Source: Deltaproteobacteria bacterium
Lineage (GTDB): Bacteria; Desulfobacterota; GWC2-55-46
Length of the DNA: 64,000 nucleotides
Direction: 5' to 3'
Assembly: GCA_016177845.1 (NCBI GenBank)
Contig: JACOUO010000011.1
Span: forward strand, 128,326-192,325
Shown: piece by piece, positions 10,230 to 18,692 of the stretch
How positions within the stretch are numbered: position 1 is the first letter of the stretch
Layout: each line of letters opens with the position of its first letter
Position numbers and translations under genes: made by a program
Notes under the pieces: model-generated
Seen by the model: only the letters and a program-made list of their open reading frames with translations
What the model was told of the DNA's origin: nothing
Database searches by the model: none

Positions 10230-10734
10230 TTGTTATGCTCCTTAAGATTTTAGCGGGATTTCCTGCGACAATTGAATTGGCAGGCACATCTTTTGTCACA
10301 GTGCTGCCTGCTCCTACTATTGCGTTCTCGCCTATTGTAATATTGCTTAGTATAGTCGCCCCGGAGCCTATCGAAGCCCCTTTTTTTACGACAGTCCTTT
10401 CAACTTTCCAGTCATCATCTGTCTTAAGCTCACCGTCTTTGTTAGTAGCGCGGGGATATGTGTCATTTATGAATGTTACATTATGTCCGATAAAAACATT
10501 GTCCTCCACTATGACGCCTTCGCATATGAAAGTATGGCTTGATATCTTGCAGTTATTGCCTATGTCCGCATTTTTTTGGATCTCGACAAACGCCCCGACC
10601 TTTGAGTTAGCTCCTATGGAGCAGCCGTAGAGGTTTATAAATTTCCCCAGCTTTACATTCTCACCAAGGCTGACATCATCCGAGACACTTATCTGGTTTA
10701 TCTCCTCACCGTTCGGCATGGCACTGGATTTCAT
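10222..10734 (-). CDS. Hexapeptide-repeat N-acetyltransferase (WbpD/WlbB-like)
   Basis: Left-handed beta-helix hexapeptides, FINDTYPRA, VAGNPA. Confidence 0.88.
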   Translation of the reverse strand: MKSSAMPNGEEINQISVSDDVSLGENVKLGKFINLYGCSIGANSKVGAFVEIQKNADIGNNCKISSHTFICEGVIVEDNVFIGHNVTFINDTYPRATNKDGELKTDDDWKVERTVVKKGASIGSGATILSNITIGENAIVGAGSTVTKDVPANSIVAGNPAKILRSITNE

Positions 10735-11732
10735 AGTTTCACCATCCTCCCGTTGTTTTTAAGGGATTCGTCGCATGCCTCAAGCATCCGTACTACCCTA
10801 AGCCCGGCATGCCCGTTGTTGAACGGCTCCTCATTTTTATTTATGCAGTCGACAAAATACTGCGTCTCAAGCTTCAGGGCCTCTATCTGGTCAACCTTCG
10901 GGGCCCACATGTCCCCTGAGCGGTAATTGACCAGCAGGTTATATATGCCCTCGCTGTTCGTTATCTCCACGCCCCTGTCATAGACCTTTATCTTTTCATC
11001 CGCGTCCACATCGTTCCACATGAGCATCTTTTTCTCTCCGCCTATGAGCGTAGTCCTGAGCTTGACAGGGGAGAGCCAGTTCACATTGAGATGCGCGATT
11101 ATGTTCTTGGAAAAATACACCATTATGTACGCTATATCTTCCTTAGAGTTGATGTGGGCCTTGCCGGAGGCCGCAACTGCGTCAGGCTTCTCCTTGATCA
11201 GATAATCCATTATTGAGAAATCGTGCGGCGCAAGGTCCCATATGACATTCACATCATGCTGGAACAAGCCGAGGTTGACCCTTGTTGAGTCATAGTAATA
11301 AAGCTCTCCGAGGACATCATCCTCTATTATCTGCTTGATCTTTCTTACCGCGCTGGTAAACAGAAATGTGTGGTCAACCATGATTTTCAGATTTTTTTTC
11401 CCGGCAATTTCTATAAGTTCGGCTGCCTGTTTTGTGTTTGAAGTAAAAGGCTTTTCTACAAAGACATGCTTTCCGTTAAGGAGCGCCTGTTTTGCAAGCT
11501 CATAGTGAGTTGAAACGGGTGTGATGACCGTAACAAGATCGATATCAGGTGATTGCACTATTTCTGCGCTGTTCTCAGTTATCAGCAGGTTGGGATAATT
11601 TTTTCTTGCCCTCTGAGCTGAGAGCGGGTTCTTGTCACATATCGCGGCAACTTCCGCCCCATCAATCATATTGAAGTTCCTGACTATGTTCGGACCCCAG
11701 TAACCGTACCCAATTACGCCGACACGGATCAT
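10731..11732 (-). CDS. Gfo/Idh/MocA oxidoreductase (WbpB/WlbA-like nucleotide-sugar 3-dehydrogenase)
   Basis: GVIGYGYWG, HVFVEKP, WDLAPHD. Confidence 0.88.
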   Translation of the reverse strand: MIRVGVIGYGYWGPNIVRNFNMIDGAEVAAICDKNPLSAQRARKNYPNLLITENSAEIVQSPDIDLVTVITPVSTHYELAKQALLNGKHVFVEKPFTSNTKQAAELIEIAGKKNLKIMVDHTFLFTSAVRKIKQIIEDDVLGELYYYDSTRVNLGLFQHDVNVIWDLAPHDFSIMDYLIKEKPDAVAASGKAHINSKEDIAYIMVYFSKNIIAHLNVNWLSPVKLRTTLIGGEKKMLMWNDVDADEKIKVYDRGVEITNSEGIYNLLVNYRSGDMWAPKVDQIEALKLETQYFVDCINKNEEPFNNGHAGLRVVRMLEACDESLKNNGRMVKL

Positions 11733-11769
11733 TTTTTACCTCTCTGTTGGTTCATTCAATTGATGATTA

Positions 11770-12939
11770 TCAGTATGCGCCCTTACTCGAAAGCATTGAG
11801 AACGGGGTAAGGAAAAGGAGTTTTATGTCGAGCCAGATGGACCATTCATCGATGTACCTGATGTCCATCCTTACCATGTCGTTGAATGTCGTAGAACTTC
11901 TTCCCTTAACCTGCCACAGCCCTGTTATGCCCGGCTTTACATCAAGAATTCGCCTGCGGTGCCATGCCATGTAGTTTTCAAGTTCGTAAGGAATGGGAGG
12001 GCGGGGGCCTACAAGCGACATGTCACCTTTAATAACATTGAAGAACTGGGGCAGTTCGTCTAAGCTCGTTTTCCTTAGAATTCTGCCAAGGGGAGTTATC
12101 CTGGGGTCGTCTTTTATTTTATATATTTTTTCTTCAGCGCCGTGATTGCCGCCAAGGCTGTATTCCTTCTGCTCACGAATCAGTTTTTTAATGTATTCAG
12201 TATGTATTTTCTCACTGCTGCCTACATACATAGACCTGAATTTCAGGAACACGAAAGGCTTGCCGTATTCTCCTATCCTTGTCTGCCTGAAAAAAACAGG
12301 CCCTTTTGAAGTGAGTTTGATGATGACAGGGACAGCAATGAAAAAGGGTGAAAAGATTATCAGCCCGATAAAAGCGCCGAATACATCCATTACCCTTTTT
12401 ATAAGAAAAGAGTTTTTTTTATTTTCTTTTTTTTTTAACAGGTCAGGATAAAGCTTAAAGTCCAGCGGCAGTGATTTATCCCCTCCGCTTTCTTCAGGGA
12501 ACAGGTGAAACGATATTTTAAGCCTGTTAAAGAGAGTTGAGCTGAGCGCGGGCAAATTGGTAAGCGCGGTGAATATCTTCTGCTTGATCGGTTCTGCCTC
12601 ATCTGTTTTTACATCGGTGAATATTACTCCTATTATTCCGTTGCATTTGTACCAGCCTTTGATATCAACTTCCCTTGTCGTCGTGTTTATGGCGTAACCG
12701 ATGCCTTTGATGATCTCTTTTGCCGAAGGCTCATAAAGGATGTTCTCAAGGTCCAGCAGCATGAGCAGGAACGACTTTCCTGACCTTTCGGCTCTTTTTC
12801 TTTCCAGGTACACCATTTCATGAAAGTAATCCTCTACATAAAGGCCGTTGTCAATATCCTGCAGAAAATCAGTGCTGTGAAAATGGAGAGAACCCTGCTT
12901 TCTGAACTTGTTCCGGTATTTGAAAAGAAAATTTTTCAT
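11770..12939 (-). CDS. Priming polyprenyl-phosphate sugar transferase with N-terminal degenerate GGDEF-like domain
   Basis: C-terminal KR..D, KFRSM, DDPRIT..G..LRKTSLDELPQ, GPRP, KPGITGLWQV; N-terminal ERKRAERSG..FLLMLLDL...REVD. Confidence 0.9.
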   Translation of the reverse strand: MKNFLFKYRNKFRKQGSLHFHSTDFLQDIDNGLYVEDYFHEMVYLERKRAERSGKSFLLMLLDLENILYEPSAKEIIKGIGYAINTTTREVDIKGWYKCNGIIGVIFTDVKTDEAEPIKQKIFTALTNLPALSSTLFNRLKISFHLFPEESGGDKSLPLDFKLYPDLLKKKENKKNSFLIKRVMDVFGAFIGLIIFSPFFIAVPVIIKLTSKGPVFFRQTRIGEYGKPFVFLKFRSMYVGSSEKIHTEYIKKLIREQKEYSLGGNHGAEEKIYKIKDDPRITPLGRILRKTSLDELPQFFNVIKGDMSLVGPRPPIPYELENYMAWHRRRILDVKPGITGLWQVKGRSSTTFNDMVRMDIRYIDEWSIWLDIKLLFLTPFSMLSSKGAY

Positions 12940-12992
12940 GGTTCATTCCCGTTTTGATTGAAGCGGACAGAGTTCAGATGAGCTTGGATGGG

Positions 12993-13000
12993 CTACCGCC
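12993..13000 (-). promoter_or_regulatory. ops-like element (RfaH loading site)
   Basis: Minus strand GGCGGTAG(CCCA), 53 nt upstream of the sugar-transferase start, directly downstream of a NusG paralog. Confidence 0.6.
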
Positions 13001-13090
13001 GTTCAGGTGCATTTAAACCCGCCTGAGAGAAAATTCAGTTGTGCTGTTAAAGAGAACAATAGGGACTTTTTAAATAAGCCTTATTCAAAC

Positions 13091-13588
13091 TTAAATGCGT
13101 GAAAGCATTCCTGCGTCAACCACCACGCGGATATTTATGGCCTTAAGAAGAATACTGACCCTCTCAATGCCTTGCATCTCTTTTTCAAATATTGCTTCAA
13201 AGCCCTCAAAAGGCCCGCCTTTTATGAGCACCCGGTCACCGGGCTCGAAATTCTGCCGGATCGTGAGAATGCCTTTATCAAGCCTTGAGACAATTGAGCC
13301 GATGATATTGTCAGGCACCGCTGACGGCCCCTGGTCATTGCCAAGGACATTTTTTATTCCTCTTGTATAGCGTATCAAGTGATAATCCCTTAATCTGTCG
13401 AATTTAACGAAGACATAACTGGGGAAAAGAGGAGAGATAAGTTCAGTCAGTTTTCTCCTGTAGAATTTACGCTCCATTATCTTCGGGTTCAGTATCTGAA
13501 AACCCGCGTTATTAAGCTTGTATGAGACCGCATCCTCATTTCTCGGTTTTGTATAGACCAAATACCAGTTTGAATCTGAGCGCTCCAT
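13091..13588 (-). CDS. NusG-paralog transcription antiterminator (RfaH/UpxY-like)
   Basis: WYLVYTKP, PLFPSYVFV, IRYTRG, KOW GDRVLIKGGPFEG; GGAGG SD. Confidence 0.88.
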   Translation of the reverse strand: MERSDSNWYLVYTKPRNEDAVSYKLNNAGFQILNPKIMERKFYRRKLTELISPLFPSYVFVKFDRLRDYHLIRYTRGIKNVLGNDQGPSAVPDNIIGSIVSRLDKGILTIRQNFEPGDRVLIKGGPFEGFEAIFEKEMQGIERVSILLKAINIRVVVDAGMLSRI

Positions 13589-13943
13589 TCGAAAATACGC
13601 CTCCTATGGCTTTTAAAGAAAACTGTAAATGCATCGCAAGGATCTCCTGAGCGGAAATCCCATTTCAGCGCGACTGGCCTTTCAGATTTGTAGAGTTGAG
13701 TAGTTTATATCGGCATACTCTGTTGTTTGAACCGGTTGGTCTGAAAAGTCCCTGGCTCTTTATGCATTTGCCGCAAGCGCAGGAAAGAGCAGCGGTCTGG
13801 ACAATGTGGAATGACAATATTCTGATTTTTTACATTCTGCCGAAACGTGCAAGAGGCCCATTGGTATCAGGTATATGGGTTTATTCCCTGAGTGTATTTG
13901 GGATTGCATTGAAGGACTCCTTTTCCTGTGGTGCCGGTTTTTT

Positions 13944-14951
13944 TTAGTAAGAGTACTTCATCATATGCTCTGCGGCTCCGTTTAGGACTATTCCCATAAG
14001 ATTGTGCTTCGGGAGTGAATTGATAGCCTTTTTCACAAGGTCCTTTGGCGTCTTTCCAGCCCTTACTATGAGCATGAGAGCGTCAACGGATTTCGAAAGT
14101 ATATTCATATCGACAAGAGGCAATATCGGTGGAGAATCCACAATCACATAATCAAAATCCTCTTTAACGGAATCGAGCACTGTCTTCATGTGCGGTGAAT
14201 CGAGAAGGACCGAAGAATTTTTAACGCTGCAACGGGCAGGAAGAAAATAGAGATTGGTGCCTTCAAGCCTGTTTATTGCCGAGCGCAGGTCTATCTCGCC
14301 TTTAATCACATCGACAAGTCCGTAAAGCCTTCCCATATCGAGGTAGTTTGAAGAAATGGAAGGGTTCCTGAAATCTCCCTCGATAAGAAGGACTTTTTTC
14401 TTGAATTCTGTTGCAATCACATAAGAGAGGTTAAGTGCAGTCATTGTCTTTCCCTCTCCCTTTACCGCGCTTGTTATCGCGAATGTCTTATATGAATTTT
14501 TCAGGCTTATCTGTTCTATTTTGGTGTAGAGTATCCTGTATTTTTCAGCTATCATCGGGTCGGTGCTTTCCATCACCAGAAGCGGCTGCTTGAACGATAT
14601 CTTATCTTTGAACGCGCCGACCTCCGTGTATTCCTCGAATATATCCTTGCCGGCATTTACTGAATTCAGGTCAACGACTTTCTCCGAAGCCTGAGGAATA
14701 TTATCCCTGCGGCCTCGGAGCGTAGAGTCGTAGGCGCTCCTTTTGGCCGGATCCATCAGCGTCTCAAAGATGCTTTCGAGCTGCGCCAGTTTTTCCTTCC
14801 TCTCTTCTGCCGTATACAGGGAGTAGACCGCCATGTTCCCTTCGCTGTAGAGGCCCCGGGCCTTCCTGTATGCGTCCTCTATTTCTTTCGGGTTGGCACC
14901 CTGGACTATCTGAAGGATCTCGTAGTAATTCTTTTCATTGTTTTGCATCAT
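13944..14951 (-). CDS. CpsD/CapB bacterial tyrosine kinase with N-terminal J-like domain (start re-assigned to MMQNN)
   Basis: NYYEILQI...EIEDAYRK...FETLMDPAKRSAYD; E.YR.L, ITSAVKGEGKT, VLLIEGDFRNP, VIVDSPP. The ORF-track start overlaps the upstream gene by about 150 nt. Confidence 0.85.
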   Translation of the reverse strand: MMQNNEKNYYEILQIVQGANPKEIEDAYRKARGLYSEGNMAVYSLYTAEERKEKLAQLESIFETLMDPAKRSAYDSTLRGRRDNIPQASEKVVDLNSVNAGKDIFEEYTEVGAFKDKISFKQPLLVMESTDPMIAEKYRILYTKIEQISLKNSYKTFAITSAVKGEGKTMTALNLSYVIATEFKKKVLLIEGDFRNPSISSNYLDMGRLYGLVDVIKGEIDLRSAINRLEGTNLYFLPARCSVKNSSVLLDSPHMKTVLDSVKEDFDYVIVDSPPILPLVDMNILSKSVDALMLIVRAGKTPKDLVKKAINSLPKHNLMGIVLNGAAEHMMKYSY

Positions 14952-14962
14952 TTTTGCTCGCC

Positions 14963-16003
14963 TTAAAATTGGTTTATGGTTGAAAAGCCGTTGGATCCCT
15001 TGTTCTTGTTCAGGAGATTGTTCAGGCATGACTCTATGCCCCTTGCCGCCCCTGAGCTTGAGTAATGTATGGTTAAAGGCTTTCTGTTGCGTATTGAATC
15101 GCTCACGCATTCTTCATAAGAGACTGACCCTAAGTATCCTATGTCTATCCCGAAGTAGTCAGAGCATGCCCTTTTGATGGAAGAGCCGATCTCTTTGTCC
15201 TCGTTTTTTTTCATCTGGTTCATGACCATTGAAATATTTGTGTTTGATACATGCTCCCTTAGAACGCGGCCCTGCTCGGGGTCAAGGGTGCTGAGCTGGT
15301 TGAGTATGTCTGATACTGTTTTTACGCGCTGGGACCATTTTTCGCTGAAAACTTTTTGAAGCAGGTCTTTGAGTTTTCCGTCATCCTGCGCGTCAGCAAG
15401 GGTCTTTATCTTTCTCAGAAAAAGGCATTTAAGGAACCTGTAATTATTCTCTATCGTGGTCGGTTCAGGGGTAGAGAGTATTATCCCTTCATTCGATATC
15501 AGGAACATGTCCAGTAAGGTTGAGGATGTGCCAGGCCCGATATCAAGGATGGCGTAGTCATAGTCTACCTTCCTGAGCGCGTCCTTAAGCCTTGCCACCT
15601 TATCCGGCTTTATGTCTGCCACATCGAGTGAGTCCTTTGCGCCGCTTATAAGGTCAAGGTTCGGAATAGGGGTCTTTACTGCAAGAGATTGCAGGTCAGG
15701 CACTTCTTCTTTCAAAAAGCTTGAGAGCGCTGTCCTGCCGCCATCAACCCCGAGGAATGTGTGCAAGTTTGCCGCACCGAGGTCAGCGTCTATCAGAAGT
15801 ACTCTTTTCTGATTTTTTGAGAGAAGTATCCCAAGGTTCGTGGCAAGAAGCGTCTTACCGACCCCTCCTTTGCCGCCGCCTACAGCCCATATTTTAGTAC
15901 CGTATATTGATGGATACTCCATGGGCGTGTAGGGAACGTGCTGGGTATCCTCGGCTATGTCATAGCTTTTGAATAGTCTTTTAAACCAATTGAAGTTAAG
16001 CAC
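14963..16003 (-). CDS. MinD/FlhG(FleN)-family P-loop ATPase
   Basis: Deviant Walker A GGGKGGVGKT, LIDADLGAANL, ILDIGPG, TPEPTTIEN.Y. Confidence 0.88.
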   Translation of the reverse strand: MLNFNWFKRLFKSYDIAEDTQHVPYTPMEYPSIYGTKIWAVGGGKGGVGKTLLATNLGILLSKNQKRVLLIDADLGAANLHTFLGVDGGRTALSSFLKEEVPDLQSLAVKTPIPNLDLISGAKDSLDVADIKPDKVARLKDALRKVDYDYAILDIGPGTSSTLLDMFLISNEGIILSTPEPTTIENNYRFLKCLFLRKIKTLADAQDDGKLKDLLQKVFSEKWSQRVKTVSDILNQLSTLDPEQGRVLREHVSNTNISMVMNQMKKNEDKEIGSSIKRACSDYFGIDIGYLGSVSYEECVSDSIRNRKPLTIHYSSSGAARGIESCLNNLLNKNKGSNGFSTINQF

Positions 16004-17531
16004 TTTCTTTCCTTCCTTTTATGACTCTGAGTTTGTTTTCAGGCCTCTGCTGATCCTTAAACGGAAAGATAGGGATGCTCGTAAGCACAGGCGACATAAT
16101 GACGCCTTCAAAATCCTCAGGTTTTCTGAAGGCAGGGTTGAGCACTTCGAAGAGAAGCACTAATCCTGCTCCTAAAGCCACACCGCCAAGCACGCCGTAA
16201 AGCGTGATGTATCCTTTATTGGGCCAGTCAGGCACCTGGGGGAGATATGCGTAATCGATAACCCTGAAGCGTTCGCCTTTCTGCCTTTTCTCAAGATTTT
16301 CAGCAAGCCTTGCGTTGAGTTTCTTTTCAAGGAGCGCCTGGTAATTGGCAAGCGATATCCTGTGGTCCCTTAGTATGTCGGCCTGCTTCTGTTCATTTGC
16401 AGGGGTATTGTCAATGCGTCTTTCATAGTCCTTTATCTGGCGCCTGATCTCGCTCTCGCGCTGGCGAAGGGCGGCAAGCTGCGATTTAACTGTCGAAAGC
16501 TCAACATAAACTGTCGGATTACGAAGTTCATTCTCATCGGTCTTTCCGTTCTGTCCAAGCTGCGTCTCAAGGTCTTTAATGCGCCTTTTAGTTATGATGA
16601 CATCAGGATATGACTCCTTGTACATCGAGAGCAGGGAAACGAGTTCGCCTCTTAATTTTTCAAGTTCAGCGAGTTGAGGGTTTATCGGCCTGCCTGTTGC
16701 GGCTGTAGGAGCGTAAGCCATCTGCTCCTGAAGCAGTATCCTCCTGTCATCTGTGCTCTTGATAGATGCCGAGACTGTCTGAAGCTCCATCTGAAGCCTG
16801 TCAAGGGTCCTCAGGTTTGCGTCAAGCTGTTCGGGAAGTCCTCCCATGTGAGTCTCTTTAAATCCCTTTATCTGCCTCTCAAGCTGTTCAAGTTCGGTCT
16901 TTGCCTTCTCAAGCTCGCTGCCGAGGAATTCGGAAGTGCCCTCAGCGTATTGTTCCCTTGCCTTAAGGTTCTCCTCTATGAAAAGGGAGGCGAGCTTGTT
17001 TGTGACCTGCATGGTTGTCTTTGGGTCTGTGCCTGTATAGTAGATGGAGAAGGCGTTGCCGCCGCTGCTGGAGCCTTTTTTGCTGCCTGTCGTGACTTCG
17101 GCGGCGACCTCAAATTTTATGTCGCTGCGCATCTGATCTATTATCACATCGCTTGTCGCAGCCACCTGTGCTTCACCGTGAGCGACCCTGTTGTAGAGCA
17201 TGCCAAGTCTTGTCGCAATGCCCGGAGATGCGTTCTCATACAGATTGAATTCTTTAATTATTTGCTCAAGCCTTGTCCTGCTCAGTATCTGCTGGCTCAA
17301 GACCGTCAGCCTCTGGCTGAACGGGGTCCTGTCGGTCTGGGGGACATACTCCTCGGGGACCTGCTGGTCTTCAGCCAATATGAGAGTGCTTGAGCTGTAA
17401 TATTCAGGCAATTTGAAGCTTACAAGAAGGCCTATGAGGCCGCCTATGATAATCGGGATTATCAAAAGCCATTTACGGTAATAAAAGATGGCCAGCTGAT
17501 CCAGAAGCGTCTTATTCTTAGTCTCTTCCAT
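15996..17531 (-). CDS. Polysaccharide co-polymerase (GumC/Wzz-like, Wzc without kinase domain)
   Basis: Two TM segments flanking a large coiled-coil region; ILSR, Y..SYPDV, FRVID.A.LP..P..P. Confidence 0.88.
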   Translation of the reverse strand: MEETKNKTLLDQLAIFYYRKWLLIIPIIIGGLIGLLVSFKLPEYYSSSTLILAEDQQVPEEYVPQTDRTPFSQRLTVLSQQILSRTRLEQIIKEFNLYENASPGIATRLGMLYNRVAHGEAQVAATSDVIIDQMRSDIKFEVAAEVTTGSKKGSSSGGNAFSIYYTGTDPKTTMQVTNKLASLFIEENLKAREQYAEGTSEFLGSELEKAKTELEQLERQIKGFKETHMGGLPEQLDANLRTLDRLQMELQTVSASIKSTDDRRILLQEQMAYAPTAATGRPINPQLAELEKLRGELVSLLSMYKESYPDVIITKRRIKDLETQLGQNGKTDENELRNPTVYVELSTVKSQLAALRQRESEIRRQIKDYERRIDNTPANEQKQADILRDHRISLANYQALLEKKLNARLAENLEKRQKGERFRVIDYAYLPQVPDWPNKGYITLYGVLGGVALGAGLVLLFEVLNPAFRKPEDFEGVIMSPVLTSIPIFPFKDQQRPENKLRVIKGRKESA

Positions 17532-17534
17532 TAA

Positions 17535-18692
17535 TTAAAACCTCCACTCCGGTCCTGTGAATGTCACATTCACAAATACCTGGTTTCTTGTGAGGCCGGT
17601 CCCGAAATTATCCTTTGGCCACTGTTGAAAATGCTGGACGCCCGCGCCGAATTTCATCCATCTCTTTGCCTGCCAGGTGGCCTGCGCGGAAGTGTCATAA
17701 GAGTTCATATCGACCCTTCCCGAAGGCTCGGTGCGGCTTTTGGCAAGCCCGCCTGTTACGGACAGGCTTATATCCCTGCTTAGCGTATGCGACAGTGTGA
17801 AGGAGAGCCTGTCGTTTATGTTTATCTCATCGGTCAGGCCTGTGGGGTTTGTCACAGCCCTTGAGTACAAAATAGCAATGGTTGAGTCCCTTAAGGTTTT
17901 TTCCAATCCTGCTGTAGCTGTCAGGAAGTAATCGTCCTGACCGCCGTCAAGCCCGCTGGCATAGACAACCCCTGCCGAGAGATCTACCTTCAGGGTCGGA
18001 TCGACTGTTTCCGCGATGCTGAAGAAAAGCGCGTGGCTTTCTATATCTTTATTGCCGTTGCTGTCAAAGCTGAAGTTAGTAAACTTGTAAGTGACGCTTG
18101 CCCTTCCTGCAGGGTTGTATTTATATCCTCCGGTCAATGATGCTGAATCTGTCCTCGTGTCGACAAGGGACTGTTCCTCGAAATCGAGATTAGTATCCCT
18201 GAGTGTGAGCCCGATGTCTATTTTCGGCCCAAGCTGATGGCCGATATTAAAAAAAACAGTGTTGGCTGAAATATCCGTTCTCACGACAAGTATCCCCGTT
18301 TCTGTCGCACGCAATGAGTCCTTTGTAAAATAATATGTGTCTCCCAGGCCTATCCTTGTCTTGTTCGACAGTTCATATCTTGCTCCGAGTGTGGCCTTAT
18401 GAGAGACGCTGTCGAGGTCAGTATCCTGGCTGTGATAGTCGGCATCAAGCCTGTAATAGGCGTCGATATCGTATCTTATTCCCTCTTTGGATGCCCTTAC
18501 CGCGGGGCTGACGGTTGAGATGAAATCACTGTCAGAGTCCTCGCTGTCGCTCCTGAATCTCACATTGCTGTCATACCGTTCCTCAAGGGAGAGGGAAGGG
18601 ATGATGCTGAAATTCTGGCTGCGGGCGTCATTAGCGGAACTGAGGGCAATAAACAGGGCGCAGAGCGCGATAAGTCCTCTTCTATGGTACAA
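17535..18692 (-). CDS. Outer-membrane beta-barrel, polysaccharide export associated
   Basis: Signal peptide, PSLSLEERYDSNV start, alternating beta strands, C-terminal F. Confidence 0.78.
   Translation of the reverse strand: MYHRRGLIALCALFIALSSANDARSQNFSIIPSLSLEERYDSNVRFRSDSEDSDSDFISTVSPAVRASKEGIRYDIDAYYRLDADYHSQDTDLDSVSHKATLGARYELSNKTRIGLGDTYYFTKDSLRATETGILVVRTDISANTVFFNIGHQLGPKIDIGLTLRDTNLDFEEQSLVDTRTDSASLTGGYKYNPAGRASVTYKFTNFSFDSNGNKDIESHALFFSIAETVDPTLKVDLSAGVVYASGLDGGQDDYFLTATAGLEKTLRDSTIAILYSRAVTNPTGLTDEININDRLSFTLSHTLSRDISLSVTGGLAKSRTEPSGRVDMNSYDTSAQATWQAKRWMKFGAGVQHFQQWPKDNFGTGLTRNQVFVNVTFTGPEWRF

Noticed and set aside
13589..13943. c-di-GMP riboswitch, or ORF 13696-13947, in the gap before the NusG paralog
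   Set aside because: GGCAAA is present but the GNRA loop and second stem of the class I motif are not; the ORF is antisense to the locus with no SD or recognisable motif
14952..15110. ORF-track N-terminal extension of the kinase (likewise gspD 24781-24930, znuC 33095-33133, MFP 42907-42969, ORF 33139-33267)
   Set aside because: Extensions overlap neighbouring genes or promoters; downstream ATGs give proper signal peptides or domain starts
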